This document shows positions 25,591 through 43,460 of a stretch of DNA of 64,000 bases, piece after piece (the first letter of the stretch is position 1; each line of letters starts with the position of its first letter). The position numbers and the translations under genes are program-made. The notes beneath the pieces were generated by a model. That model did no database searches, was not told the DNA's origin, and saw nothing but the letters and a program-made list of their open reading frames with translations. This DNA comes from Eledone cirrhosa (lineage: Eukaryota), in contig OZ024758.1 in the NCBI GenBank assembly GCA_964016885.1, positions 20,460,001 through 20,524,000 on the forward strand, read 5' to 3'.

Positions 25591-27414
25591 TCCAACAAGC
25601 AGCAAATAAATGTAAAAACATGAAAGCTATTTCCTACTGCACGGAGTGAGAGAGAAAAAATTGAAATCGAGGAAAGTCAACAAAATTTCATAAATAGAAA
25701 AAAAGAAAGAAAGTTTAAAGCGAAACACTAAGCAAACGGTTATAAACCGTTAATGCGTGACTGAAAATGTAGAAACAAATACCACATGACTATGCACAGC
25801 TAATAATATGCTTTTATACCAGATGGCTCGTCCAACAAAGAGAACCGGAACAAATCAGTAGAGGAATAAAGAACAAAATAAATTCCTATTTCAATACATT
25901 TTCAATGAGATGCATCAATTTCATGGTGGTATGTTTGATGTTACGTTATCTGTTTGGCATTATAGCTTAAAAGGAAAATTCATAACCAATTCTACTCTAT
26001 TAACATCTAGTTAAGACGGAAGTTGTAACACATTGACTAGAAACATTTTCCCGATTGTGTAGTGTGCTGCATTGCCGATTTACCAATAATGCGCAGACAT
26101 ATTGTCACACACACTCCTTTATAAACAAGCAAACGCATCATAACCTATATGTACAGGCACACACATGTCTGTTCATCAAGCATGCATATAAATATGAACT
26201 CACATTCAAGCATATACACATGAGCGTATATAGAGTTATAGATATGTAGAATATGTTTTTTATGCATTTGCGTTCACATGTCCCAACATTAATTATTTTA
26301 TAAATAATTAATTGCTCAATATAGTATATGGTTTCTATAACATTTGGTTTCACAGAATATGGAAAGCTTTGCCTCCATTAATGATTATAGATGAGAATCG
26401 AATCAAAAGCCAGTCACCTTAAGCTAACTCTCATTAAAATATATTTTACTAACACAGTTGTAATATCACGATATTTTATTAGCAATCCATGCCATGATAT
26501 GAATATTTGGTTAGCCTGATTGCTTGAATGTTGATTACACAACTGGGATATATGTAATATGTATCAGGCATTTGAGAAAACATGCTTCTTTGAATATCTC
26601 ATTGGACTGAAAACATCATCATCTAAAGCTATAGTAAGCATGAATATTTCTGCGAGTGTATATTCTAGATGGTGCTAGGATGTACACACGGTCCTTTGCG
26701 TTGGAATATACTCATGGAATCCCAACGGCATGATAACGTCAATAATCTGATATCTATACAAAGAATTAACAGGGTAACTAATACTGAAATATCTAATATT
26801 ACTTCAAATGACATTAATATTGACACACAGTAATATATTTAGTGTAATCTCTTGCTAAAAATCCATTATGTATTTATCAAATTGTTTACAAATTACAATA
26901 ATATTATAAAGGAAGGAAAAATACGCAAATGATACGTTTTACATACAATATAATATACGATATTGGCTTTTCTTGCAGACCTTTCGAAACCTACAATGAA
27001 TCATACTGGAATCATTATTTGTAATGCCATCAGTTTTAAATTAATTCAGGATTTAATATATAATGATGATAAGAAAATATAATAATTGTACGTCTATATA
27101 CAAAATAACAAGCTAATATTACGATGAGAATGTTCATATGCCATTCGAAGAAAATCCTTGCTTAACAAAGTAACTTCCATATATTATATTGAAATATTAC
27201 GTATCACGAAACATGCATTTGGTATTGTATAATTTTATCAATTAAAAAATATAAAGAAATTGTCTCTCTTTAATATATCGAAATATTAAATGCTAAATGA
27301 TATTCAAAATCTAATCTGAGATCTTAATGGGGTTCTTTTAGTGCCTACTATTCCAAAACTCACAATATAACAGTCATTTAAGTACATAGCTTCTAGTATT
27401 CCGGAATGGTTTTA

Positions 27415-27602
27415 GGAGGGTCGGCTGAAATGTTCATGGGCTGGCTATGAATGACTGATGCTAAAGCTGTGAAATATTGCATGAACCAATTTCACGTATT
27501 TTTTTTATTAATAACTGCATTGTTTCTTTGTAAGCAATATGTTGAAAATAAACCTCATTTCGTTAGTTAATGAGAGGATCTTGGTCGGCCTATGATATTT
27601 TC
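27415..27602. mobile_element. Decayed Tc1/mariner-type MITE
   Basis: GAGGGTCGGCTGAAATGTTCATGGGCTGGC resembles a mariner TIR; imperfect inverse TTGGTCGGCCTATGATATTTTC. Confidence 0.4.
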
Positions 27603-29687
27603 ATTCTATAAACTTGTATATATCAGTTGTCAAATAGTTCATAGCATTATATACTTTCAAATCATAACATTTTTATTATGTACATTCAACATAGACATTC
27701 CTTAAAAATGTTTACTATGAAGACAGATGCTTTTGTTCGTATCGCCTTGCGTCCTTTGTTCTAAAATCGATTGTTCATTTACTTGATATTTGCTTTGATA
27801 CCCGGATCATATTTCTATTTAACGATGGCGTGCCTAAGGAGTAGTAAATTACTTCCAGGTATATTTGGAAATAGTTGAAGTTCAAAGAAACTTTCTAGTG
27901 CTTCTATAATTTTCACAAATATTAACATTCTCTAAACAGAAAAAAATGCGAAATACAAGATCAAAGAATCAACATTGTGTATGCTAGATGTGTGCGTTGA
28001 TTTGGCAGAATCTTAAAAAAGCCAGACAAATTAACTTTCAGCATTTAGTTACATTCCATTTAGCCTGCATTTACCTAGCATAAATGACAATTTTCTGAGG
28101 TCAGTAAAAAATATGTTACATCTCAACTTTGTGGTCAATCTAAAATGTTCGGTCATGTAGTTGAGTTAGGAATTAATACATTTTATAAAAGTGTATGTAT
28201 TTATAAAGAATAAACTTATGATAAACATTTCCTCTTTCCAATACAGTTTTGCACCAACCTCCGGGAAATATTTAAACTTTCTCCACGTGATCAAATAGAC
28301 GTATTCAAATATCCTTTTAGTTAAACTATCTCCTAGAAAATAATTCTTATAGCAAAAAGATTTCCACGATTAATCAAGCAACAGATAAACTAATTAAAAT
28401 ATTTAATTGCAAATTTAGATTATTCTATTATGTTATCTATATGTATTGCAAATATATTTAGACATGTTTAAAGTTAAGGTTAAAGGTTGTACGTAACGTT
28501 TGAAATGATAATATAATAACCGCATCGTAATTATTTCGGTATTGAAAAGGTTAATGATCTTATTTTCAATTCTAAGTCATTATTTAATCTCACTTTTGTT
28601 TAAATGTCACAAAAACTTATAGCAATGCAACATTTTGAATAGGTTATTAAAAATACCGTGCCTTCACTCTGAACTATAACATAATGAGGACAATGCCTCC
28701 GGTAGATGTAAGGTTAATGGAAATCTTTATAATGCTGACTACACTCTCTTATACTTTCACGAACAATCAATTAAATTGTCAATATCTAGTATATGCCCAC
28801 GGCTCGATATTTAAGTACATTTCATCCGACTATTGATCAAATGAAAACTATACCCGTGTTCTATATTTTTAAAAATGATAGCCTGTAGCATGGAATGTAT
28901 TATCAAATATAATTAATATGAAAACATATATAAAATAATGTTTCTTAAAATTTCGTCTTATTCATCAGTAAAACTTTGATTTTGACGAACAATCAGTGTA
29001 TTTAACATAAGAAAACAAGTATCGAACAAACATAAAACATGCACACATAATTGCATACTCTGTCCCCCTATACCAGAACCAATATTGCTGCATATTATAT
29101 ATAATTATGTGCTTGTATATAAGTGCGTAACTGTATGTGATGCTATAGTGGTTTTCAGATACATGCATATACACCAACGACAACTTTTATTTCAAATGTT
29201 TGATATTATATGTTATAACGGATCCTCCGTTGGTTTCAACGATTAGCTTTTATTTGTTTACGGAAATGGGCGCATATAGGGTGACTTACCGTGAAGGATG
29301 GTGCATATTAATCAGACACGTATAGTCCTGAGTTAGTTTCCAACAACAGTCAGCGCAAAAAATAATGTGGTAATGTTAGGTGTCTATGTTACAGTTACAA
29401 TATATGCAACAGTCTTCTGCACTATTTACGTCTACCCAATTTTATTCACAAAGCTTGAGTGGATGAGTATATATTTAAAAGGTATATACACATCATGCTG
29501 CCCATTCGGACTGGAGTCGTATGTTATAATGTATGCAACATACGTGTACACAATTTACGTATACGCAAAATGTGTGTGTGTAACAGCTCACACCTACGCA
29601 GGTTTAGCTGGCCTTCACCAAGGTATATCTCATTGGAGGTGTCTTGGGTAATTTAATGATAGGGACCCCAGTCCTATCATCTCATTT

Positions 29688-29825
29688 CTACAGCTCAGTA
29701 AACTGGAGCAACGTGAAATAAAGTGTCTTGCTCAAGGAAACAACACATCAGCCGGTCCAAGAATTGTACTCACAGCTTTTCGATTGCAAGCCCAATGTTC
29801 TAACCACTAAGCCATGTGCCTTCAC
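29688..29825 (-). mobile_element. Second tRNA-SINE family; related copy ~61745-61835
   Basis: Minus strand reads TGGCTTAGTGGTTAGAAC..TCCTTGAGCAAGACACTTTATTTCAC. Confidence 0.72.
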
Positions 29826-30105
29826 AAGTTCGGTTAGACGTGTATAGAGGTGTGGATTGAGCCGGGATCTTCATGAGTGTAAATCGACGTTCTTATCCAC
29901 TCAGATGCCAGCTTTGAGACAATCTGTTTTAATCGCGTTCTGTTTAATCAGATTATTTCCACATACATAATGATCGCATGTTTTATGGGCTTGACACGAG
30001 TCAGTCGCACACAATAGAGTGTCTGAGTGCAAAGGATTTCCGTTAACCGCATTAAATACAAGGCATTAGGTAATATAATTTTACTACCAGGCAATGTCAT
30101 CTTCT

Positions 30106-30224
<119 letters not shown>

Positions 30225-30924
30225 GTGTGTGTGTATGTATGTGTGGGTATATGGGTGCGGGGGGGGGGGGGGGTGCGTTTAACGTTAGAAGGAATTCAGA
30301 GCAAAGCGATATATCAATTGTCCTAAATATGCATTAATGCATTGCTTCTATTAAACTATATCATAGGTTTGACTACAACTATACCTAAGGCCAAATCAAT
30401 GCCATTTATCAAATATCCGTTCAGCAGACAGAAGAGTTAACGACATGAATCGCATATATACAGCAATCTATCACTGGTGCTGATAGTCATATTTCAATTC
30501 TTATCACTTTCTACATTTCGAAACCAATTCATGATGCTCCATTAAACAAAAGATTGATACATCATAACATCACGTGAGATGCGATTTCACATTGATTTCT
30601 GTTTCCGAATCATTGTAGCGCAACGACGGCCTGTCAGTTGCATTATTCATTGCCTCTAAGGATCCCCAAATCACAGCTTTAAATATGAAAATGAAGCCAT
30701 TTTTCTCCTAAGGCTTGCGTCATGTTACATGATAATCGGTGTGAAATATGATGTTGTATAGAGAATTCATTCAATACGCAATTGAGCCCTTTTATTCCCA
30801 CTTATATACATGCATTCACATCGATGTACATATACTCCGTTACGCGCAAACACACACACTTTCACACACACACATACATACATACAGTATATATATATAG
30901 TTATGTACACACAAAAACCCACCG

Positions 30925-30962
<38 letters not shown>

Positions 30963-30982
30963 TATATATATATATACATATA

Positions 30983-31043
<61 letters not shown>

Positions 31044-31057
31044 TGTTATACTTTGGG

Positions 31058-31448
<391 letters not shown>

Positions 31449-31490
31449 TATATATATTATATATATATATATAATATATATATATAATAT

Positions 31491-31652
<162 letters not shown>

Positions 31653-31736
31653 GTGAGGTTTTATTACAAAATGAAAAAGAAAAAGAGGTGTCCTGAACGA
31701 GTGAAAGTATAAGCAAAAAAGATGAAATCAATAATG

Positions 31737-32030
<294 letters not shown>

Positions 32031-32042
32031 ATATAAATATAT

Positions 32043-32101
<59 letters not shown>

Positions 32102-32108
32102 AATATAT

Positions 32109-32186
<78 letters not shown>

Positions 32187-32199
32187 TATATATATACAT

Positions 32200-32876
32200 A
32201 TAGATAAATCTACCAAAAGTTTACGGTAGTGTCCAATCCGTATGAAGAATTCAATGTAATCCGGTTATCATGGAAAGAAGAGATGCATTCAAAAATCACT
32301 TTCGGTGAAAGATAAACGGAATACAGAGTCAAGATAAAATATTAAAAAAATAATGAATAAAACAAAGAACAGTTCCTTATATTAAACAAAAAAAGTTCAT
32401 TATTCAACGATCGTTTCTAGGACATATATGTGTTAGAATTGGCATGCATATTCAAAAGATCTATGTACAAAATTATACAAACTATCAAGGAGAATATACA
32501 TACCATCACATATATATGCTGTCTTCAGAAATAATGAAGTATATTTATTGATAATAACAACAATTCAAAATTACAGGTCTGTTTGGGAACAGATTTTAAG
32601 TAGACCGATGAAATACATAAAAATTCATCAAGAAAATACAGTCTCTATATTTATGTTTGTCTGAGTGTGTGTGTGTGTGTGGTTGTGTGTATATATACAT
32701 GGATAGGTGTGTGTATGTATATATATGTATATATATGTGTGTGTGGGTATATATATGTGTGTGTATATATATGTGTGTATATATATATGTATATATATAT
32801 ATATATATATGTGTGTATGTGTATGTATGTGTGTGTGTATGTGTGTGTACACATATGTATATATGTGTGTTGTGTG

Positions 32877-32922
<46 letters not shown>

Positions 32923-33890
32923 TGTATTTATATGTATGAGTATATGTTTTACTTGTTTTTATGTATATGCATACAAACAGGTTAATATGCGTGAGGTTAA
33001 GTATATGTATGTGTGTGTGTGTACGTATGTATGTATCGAACGTATGGATGTGTAAATGTGCGTATGTATATAAGCATGTATATTATATGTCTCTCTTTTA
33101 TGTTTTTTTATGTTTTTATTATATTTCTTTTATTATATTTCTTTTTATTTCTAACTTTATAGATACATCTTTATAAATATGCTGAGTCTGACACTCTGCC
33201 TAATTACTTACTCCCTTACCTCCTTTTAATTCTGCATCTAAATGTAAGTGTGTGTGGCCGTGTTTATGTGTGCGCCTCAATATCCATATAGTTATAATAA
33301 TAATATATACGTATGTGTGTGTGTGTGTGTGTATATGTGTGTGTGTTCGTGGGTATGTTTGGGTTTATGTGTATATGCGTGTGTGTGCATGAATGTATGT
33401 ATATGTGTGTATATATGTATGTATATATGTATATGTATGTATATTTTGTCTGTGGATCATAAACATACAGAGACATTAGCCCTACATTTTTATATTTACA
33501 TACACTTTTTCGACATGCGTATGCATGTGAACATACATTTTTATGCATATCTGTGAACGAAGTTACTTACATATATTCGCACACCTAACTGTATTTTCTT
33601 GATGAATTTTTTATGTATTTCATTGGTCTATTTAAAATCTGTTCCCAAACAGACCTGTAATTTTGAATTGTTGTTATTATCAATAAATATACTTCATTAT
33701 TTCTGAAGACAGCATATATATGTGATGGTATGTATATTCTCCTTGATAGTTTGTATAATTTTTGTACATAGATCTTTTGAATATGCATGCTAATTCTAAC
33801 ACATATATGTCCTAGAAACGATCGTTAAATAATGAACTTTTTTTGTTTAATATAAGGAACTGTTTCTTTGTTTTATTCATTATTTTTTTA

Positions 33891-33898
<8 letters not shown>
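32200..33898. mobile_element. Family J element: ~305-bp inverted arms (32336-32641 / 33589-33897) around microsatellite-rich spacer; HHRs 32396-32538 (-), 33693-33836 (+)
   Basis: TTCATTATTT CTGAAGA [105 nt] GAAA CGATCG TT AAATAATGAA. Confidence 0.85.
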
Positions 33899-33940
<42 letters not shown>

Positions 33941-34040
33941 TATATATATATATATTATATATATATATATATATAATATATATATATATATAAATATGTA
34001 TATATATATATAATATATATATATAATATATATATATAAT

Positions 34041-34074
<34 letters not shown>

Positions 34075-34076
34075 AT

Positions 34077-34528
<452 letters not shown>

Positions 34529-35534
34529 GTGTGTGTGTGTGTGTGTGTGTTAATATATAGGGTATATATGAATTGAATAAGATAACACGTATTCTGACAC
34601 ACACATATAAACACACATTTATGTGTGTTTTTTATGTTTGTATGTTCTTGTCTGTGCATATATGGTCTGTTTCCATTTGAAAATATGTGTCTGATTCTGT
34701 ACGTATGTATGTTTATATGTATATAATCATATGTTTGTATTTGAATACAACTATGTGATTTTGAGATTGTGATATATATCTATATATGTGAGACTATACT
34801 AAAATATTAATTAAATGTTTTCAATAAGTCATTGAAATGATTTTCTGTCAACGGGGAAAAGAAAAGTACCGAGTAAAAGCAATATTCTCTATTTTAATTG
34901 GTATTATGTAGCCATGAAATACAACCCATTCTAAGACATATATATTTCCTTTTTACTGTATGAAGCTGCTGAAAAAGACGTGAATCATTCTTAACGTATT
35001 CATATTCATTAAATAATCGAAAAATACATACTTTTGCAAATAATGCGCGCATCAATAACGTACCACTATCACATTTATCATCAGAAATATATTTGCTAAA
35101 AAGAGGAATGAATATAATTACGCATTTGAAATAAGTAATATAATCTACTCCCTTAAGAAATATTATTTGTTTTGTCTTTTGTTAACACGCAATAAGTTCA
35201 TGATAATTTTGTTTAGAAGGATATTAACCGCATCGCAAAAATAAAAGAATTGAAACTAATGTTTCAGTAAATTCTATCCAGTTTCTTAGAATATAATCAA
35301 GTTATTTATTCATCAAATTCCTACGCAGAACCAGGCGTGGAAATATGTTGAACAGAATCAAGGTAAAATATAGGAAGATGAGGTTTCAAAAATCAGCCAG
35401 CGAACATATTTGAAAATACAGACTCGTTCAAAATAATATATCAGTTTCTATATATAGTATCTAAAAAAATGGTCATTTTCTCTCTCTCTATCTATATATA
35501 TATATATATATATATATATTTCGTTTCTGAATAT

Positions 35535-35667
<133 letters not shown>

Positions 35668-35738
35668 CCACTCTCTCTCTATCTCGCTCTCTTTCTCTCA
35701 CTATATAAATATATATGAAACACCTCAAAGAATATGAC

Positions 35739-35813
<75 letters not shown>

Positions 35814-36189
35814 TTTGTGAGTGTGCATACGTATGTGTGTGTGTGTGTCTGTTTGAGAGAGAGACTTACTCTCATTATTTCAACCGACAGTAGAAAAGGG
35901 AATAATGATGATAAAGGAGTAGCTCAAACGTAAACCAAACACATTGCAAGAATAAAATACTTTTTATTAGGCGGCAAAACACAACTTTTAACATAAAAGT
36001 CAAATACCAAATGATTCACGTTTTTATCAACAAAACCTGAAACCCATAACAATGATATATATCTAAAACAGATTTAAACGTCTCAAAGATAAAAAAAAAA
36101 ATGATAAAAACAACAACCAATGCTAGAACGAAGATAATAAATGTCATTAGTATACAATTGCTTTCGATATATAGTTTATGTCACAGTGA

Positions 36190-36401
36190 GGGCGGTGGAT
36201 TGGCAGTATGGGTAGATACTATGCTTTGTAGCATATAGTTAGGGCCCTTTATGATCTGAGTTCAAATCCAGCCGAGGTTAACTTTGCCTTTCATACTTAC
36301 GGGGTCGATAAAATAAAGTACTAGACATGCTCTGATGCCGACTTAATCGACTTTCCCTACCCCCAAAAATTGCTGGCTTGTGCCTACATTAGAACCATTA
36401 T
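36190..36401 (+). mobile_element. tRNA-derived SINE
   Basis: Same family. Confidence 0.85.
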
Positions 36402-36656
36402 TATAATATAAGAAACCAATATAAAGTTTTGGAAATATGATATATTAGCCCTATATATTTTGAGGAGCACTTAATCATCAACACACAACCATCATTTTCG
36501 TCATTTGTTGGCCCTGTATACCCACGTCCACTGTCCACCAATAAATAATCACTATATAAAGCCAGCAAAGAAAACATTTTTCTCAGAATATATTATTAAT
36601 TTTAGTATCAGAAATGAAACGAATTTAACCAAACCATCCCATGCCTAAATATGTTA

Positions 36657-36718
<62 letters not shown>

Positions 36719-36725
<7 letters not shown>

Positions 36726-36934
36726 TAAAATAACAGATTAAAGTTTAAGCAAGGAATCGCTGCTTTCACCCTTAACGGGATCTTCTGAAGATCCCGTTAA
36801 GGGTGAAAGCAGCTATTCCTTGCTTAAACTTTAATCTGTTATTTTAATAAATATTTGCTCTACGGTTCTCATATATTTGATATATATTTATCCTTATCGA
36901 GGCCTCTTTGGATTTTAGTCTTCAAATTTATTAC
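36719..36934. mobile_element. Family D fold-back element (arms 36719-36785 / 36787-36853) + ~80-bp tail
   Basis: Axis TCTTC-T-GAAGA. CTGAAGA T CCC-GTTAA-GGG T GAAA GCAGC TA TTCC. Confidence 0.88.
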
Positions 36935-36951
36935 TATATATATATATATAT

Positions 36952-37221
<270 letters not shown>

Positions 37222-37587
37222 TGCGCCTCTGTGTGCTTCTGGTTGTGCGCGCAAGATTGTGCGAGGAGAGTGTACATAAGTTCATGTATACACGTATATA
37301 TGGATGAGTACTATATTTATTAATGCATATGGAATTTTGATTATATTTGCATGTTTTAATTGTATACATAATTATATGATTCTATCTTTTCTATTTCTAG
37401 ATATTTCCACATATGCAAATGACAGGGTGTTTTTGGTAAGTTATATTTCTGAAATTAATTTCTACATGTATATTCAATGAAGATAATAATATATCTGCTA
37501 CTGAAAGTTATGTATTACATTACACATCCTGATAGAAACAGATGCAATATCTCTCCCAATGTTACTGGCTTCAGGAACATCAATATT

Positions 37588-37853
37588 TATTACTACTTTT
37601 GGCACAAGGCCAGGAATTATCCCAGTGCGTTACTGGTACTTTATTTTATCGACCTCCGTAAAGATGAAAGGCAAAGTTAACCTCGGCGGGATTTTAACTC
37701 ACACCGTAAAGGGCCGTAACTCAACTCTGCAGAGCATGGCGTTAGACCTTCTAAAGATACTTGTTTCTACTTTAGGCACAAGGCCAGCAATTATCCAGTG
37801 CATCACTGGTACTTTATTTTATCGACCCTCTACCGATAGTGCCAATCCAACGC
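37588..37853 (-). mobile_element. Two partial tRNA-SINE copies
   Basis: GGCACAAGGCCAG.AATTAT..CAGTGC occurs twice. Confidence 0.8.
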
Positions 37854-38322
37854 CTTTTACTGCCAATCCCACGACCTTAGGAACGTTAATAATAACATTA
37901 ACCTCCTGACATATAATTGAATGAAATATGTTGAATAAAAATAATTAAACGAGGCTTCGAACAACTATATTTCTAGATGTACATCATGTAGTGCTCGATA
38001 AAATTCCTCTCATAATAATTCGATTACGCAATTTCTACAACAAACGATATATATTGTTTTCATCTGGAATATGTTTTTGTGGGATATTTTAGAAACATGT
38101 GTGTTCGCATATTATATAAATTGATAGTGTAAAACATAATACCTGTTTGAGTCTGTAGGGCAGATAGATGTCACTATTGTGTAATATGTTTGATTTGATC
38201 TCCTACGAAACATTATGTAATAGTTACATACCAACAACACGCAGAGAGATAAATACACACAATCAAATAAAACATACAATATTCCATGGGGGCACACTTA
38301 CACACCAACACACACACATATG

Positions 38323-38631
<309 letters not shown>

Positions 38632-38736
38632 ATATATATATATACATACGAGGTACAATCGAATGAGATAGAGATAGAAAGAGAGCGATATACAGGGAGA
38701 TAGTGAGAAAATAGAGAGAGAGACATTGAGAAGAGA

Positions 38737-38805
<69 letters not shown>

Positions 38806-41800
38806 GAACGCTGGGAAAAATAAATGAACTATTCTCTTTCGTTCAGTATTTTGCATATGATCATTGAATTCTTGGATATTGACCTCCGTATAAGTCGTTT
38901 CTTACTTGTTTTAATTGTAAGTCCAATATTATCTTTGCATTCGTTTTGTAGCTAATATCACAAGGCTTTCTGAACGTTCGTCATCTGAGTAGGAATCATG
39001 GCGTATAAAAATGCATTTAATAGACATTCGTTATACTTTCGAAGAGGATTGTTAGAGCTTGTATGACTCCACCCAATATATATATCGAATTTTTCTAGAT
39101 ATTCAAAGTGTGAATTGCTTGACACTAGAATTTTTTTTTTACATCCGCTTTGAAGTAAGAATGAAAGATGAAATGTATCTCGATATTGTCGCTGAATTGA
39201 GATTCTTTGACCATTGCTGATTTCTTTCAGTAGATATGAAATGGATATTGTTTGTCGTTAGTCTTTAATATATGTTTTTTATAGTTTTGCATTAATTTTA
39301 AATAATAGTATTTCTCCTCTCACAAACCATTACTTCATTCAGAATACCCTATACAATAAATGCTTTTTATAACAAAGGTATTTTCATATATTTCTATTTT
39401 ATTTCATCTAATTCAATGCATTAGGTTTGTTACTTATTGGTGGGACAACAATGTACCTGTAACGCCAATATAAATATTTTAGACTGACATCTTTATGATC
39501 GTTATTCTCGAAAAGAAGTTGTTTTGAATTTTATTGTTTTGCATAATAGTACTTGAGTTATTTTGTATTTGGTTGTAATCATTTTTCTCCTTTTGAATCT
39601 ATGGTATTATTGTATAGAATTAATTCATGCAGCATACTTTAAATGTGGGTTTGTCGTGTTTACATAGAGACAGACAGTAAATATCCAGACATATACCAAA
39701 CATTAGTAGTAAAATCTCTATCGTGAAAATGATTTCAATTCTCTTTCAAAATCAACGTATTAAATAAATCTACTGCATAAACAAATACTAATTAATGTAT
39801 ATAAAAACAAACATGTATGAAGCGAATCTTACAATAAAACAGCTGCAAATACAGCACAGTAAATACAGTAGAGCCAGGAACAACTATAAAATGTAATGAA
39901 AACACACATGATGTATATTACATGAATCAAATAGCATACTCAATGTAGAATATTTAACAAAAGGATAAAAGTTTAAAAGAACGTGTGAGCGGTAAGATGG
40001 TGACGAAACAGAATTAGCATAACAACACAGCTATCGTCTTAAAGAGGGTGTAGCTATGCAGAATAATTTTTATGTTTTGATTTAGTAAAACGCCACAGAC
40101 TACATTTTGCTAGAAATACTTTTAACTGCTTTGAACTGTTTCCTATTTTTATGTTATTTTCTGTATTTTAGTTTGAAAACTTTTGAATAATTGATTTTTC
40201 TTCAGTCATTTTAGATTTTTTATGGAGTATATTTTTCTCTTCATGTGAAGAAATATATTATAATTGTTCAGTTCGATATTCTATATTATTGAACAGCTTT
40301 CATTTCAGACTAACAATCAATTAAATATCTGCAAATTTAGCATTTGAAAGATCAAATATTATCGTTTGCTTTCTTCTTATTCAATGTATCCCTTGGTTAT
40401 GAAGTCAAGCACCGCAACTAAATGTTTGCTATTAAATCCCTTTGTTCCATAGAAATGTGCACGGAAACATTCCGTTTGAAGTCCCCCCATCACCATACAT
40501 GTTAATTCTTCCGACGTTAACGGAAGCTATTTTGTTCACCAGCCACTGCACGCATAGACGATATAACGGCATATTTTGTACAATTTTTGTTCCCTTAGAT
40601 AACCTGCTTTATTTTCTTCAGACATTACATTTTATTTATGCCACGAAATGTTCAACATCAATATTAATTATTTCTTCAAAACGAGACTTAAAACAGCTCT
40701 ATATTTCCTGTATATCCTATTCCGTTTAGTATATTATGAAGAGCAAATGTTAATAATCCTTATGGTGAAAATTCCATCCCCAATCCGAATTAATAAATAA
40801 ATTACTAAGATAACTTACCACATATTCTGGTGAGCATTAAATGCCAATTAGACATATTTATGCAATGGGGTATTAGTAAACGAGTTGTATTACTATAATT
40901 ATTCTATAGAAAGTCTTAGTGTGATTAGTAATTAATTTATCATAACATCTGCGAGTGTGGTAACATATATCTTCTGCTGATGTAGTGTGATAAGACCTGA
41001 GTTTTCCTCATACATTTCTCGACCTTTGGGATTAATATAATAGAATGGTCGCCGTATATTATAATTCATATAATGCATAAATATTTAAAATATTGTATTA
41101 ATGTTATCTGCATTAAGTACGGCAGCACTTTTCTATGTTATATGATACACCTTTACAACCATATATAATTCAGAACGTAATCTACAGCATTAAGAAATAC
41201 CAGTGGTTGTCGTCATAACAATCTCGGTTGAAAATATAGTCAAATTATTGTCTGGGCATATATTTAAAAAAAGGAATTGACTTATACCACAAATGCATAC
41301 TTGAAGGAACGTTAATAAATATATGTTTTAAATTAAACCAGGAATCATACGTTTTGTTAACTAAAGTTTACGAGAATAGCATGACCAAGATTGGTAAAAT
41401 CATTTTATACATGACTTTCTTTTATATAACAAAATTACATCCCAGCCATTTAACATAGCACTCAGTTAAAAACGAAAAGAACAGGGACAGCATAAAACTA
41501 CCTTGGAATATGGCACGAGTCAACGAAAATCCTTCGAGGTCTGGGAATGATATTACAGAATATGACACAATCTATCCTGCTGCTGATTCGAAATTTGCAA
41601 GGTCACTGGTGCTGGTGGACACCATGAGGGATTCACACGAAGCACAGTTATATGATAAATTCAGTACATCCATTTTGCAAAGTTGATTAGTTCAAATTTA
41701 TCATCGTTCACTAGTATATGTCGGTCCTTTATTCTGTTGAATATGTTCACTAGTATTTACTTAAATGTGTTAGCTTAAATTAGACATCATTATAAATATA

Positions 41801-42143
41801 TCGTTAGAAATTCTCGGTTTTTAATGTCTCATTGCCTTGGCATTTCGGATACAAACATGTCTCATAGGAGATCCATTTATCATTTGCACGGAACGGGATC
41901 AATATTCGATTATGTTTGATGTTTCAAATTTCATTGCGACACTGGGCTGCTTATGTGAGTTATCTTTCTTTCAAGTATATTTAAATGTTATTGGATACCA
42001 AATAGATACGGACTTTAATACCTTGGTCTCCAGCATTAATGTACACGCTTGTTTGAGTGTTATTTAGGGAAATAACCGAGAACGTTAAACCAATTTTAAA
42101 TCATATGTTCACCTGAAACCTTAATGTCATCATGAAAACGCAT

Positions 42144-42202
<59 letters not shown>

Positions 42203-43275
42203 TAAGGGTAAATATATCACCCTAACAATATATACAGCAATACGTAACTCCGATTCTTCTATAAAACGTTGATCATTAAGAATTGTCCTGTCTCCAAACA
42301 TAATTCACTGCTTTGATATGATACGAACCTGTCATAATGTGAATGATTGAATGGTCACTAACATGTTGAAATGAGATAAACTTCAGTATTTATTGTTATT
42401 TTATTGCCTTTAACTATAAGTTTATTCGATACGTAAAATATATATAAATATATCATTTCAATATATGAATTGAAACTGCTTACTGGAACTAAAAACGTGT
42501 AACAATTTTATACGATACTTGATAACGCTTGAATGGTTTGAAATATAGCATCAATGAAATGTAATATAAAAGAATGATCCATTTATCAATGTGTTAAATG
42601 AGACGATATAGATAGGCCATAAAAAAGTTAGTTTTATAAAAAGAGGTAATAACTAAAGATGAAAGACTTTAAGATTTATCTTTCTTCGTCAAACAAATCG
42701 CAATACTTAAGAAGCTAGTGGCAAGAGATACTAAAGCATAATTCACAAAATCGATAGTGTTTACTGCTATATCGCCACGTTTAAAGATATATGATTCAGG
42801 GACGATTTTTCAGACAGCCTGGAATTGCACTGTATTACATATTTCCTTCTACTATTTTTAAGTTCAAATATTAAATGTGTAGAATATATTAGTAAATGAG
42901 GCAGAGACGAACGGGAAATCAGTATAAAATGTGTCAATATATCTATTTCGTGTAGCATATAATCATGTTATCATACAATAAATCATAGTTTAATGTTTGA
43001 AAGTGATACGTACAGAAATTGAATACAACAATACTACTGTGTTGATTTCAAAAGTACATAGAGTGCAGATCAAACACAAGAACTTGTTGAGATTATTTTG
43101 AAGGGGAATCTTTCGGAACTTAAAGGATATAAATGATAGCTATTACAATTTTAAGAGATTTTAAAACGCATCTTTTTTAAATTGAATTTCTTCTTCACAA
43201 TTTTATGTTATTTACAAGAAAGCAGTTTCTTACTTCGTCTTACATCCTGAATCTTATCCCTCACTAGATACTAAG

Positions 43276-43460
43276 TTTCGAATTATTATTAGTAATATGT
43301 TATAAGTTCAAAACATGCCGATGTTAGCTTTGCCTTTCATCTTTACAGGGTCGTTAAAGTAAAGTACCAGTAATGCACTGGAGTCGATTTAATCGATCTT
43401 CCTCTCCCTCATATACCTGGCCTTGTACCAAATTTAGAAACAATTATTATTATTATTATT
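43276..43460 (+). mobile_element. Partial tRNA-SINE
   Basis: GCCTTTCATCTTTACAGGGTCG..AAGTACCAG and tail. Confidence 0.7.

Noticed and set aside
28945-28975. CTGATGA..GAAA on minus strand
   Set aside because: No stem II or stem I pairing. Lone cores near 23935, 35077, 52343, 56133 and 57583 were rejected likewise.
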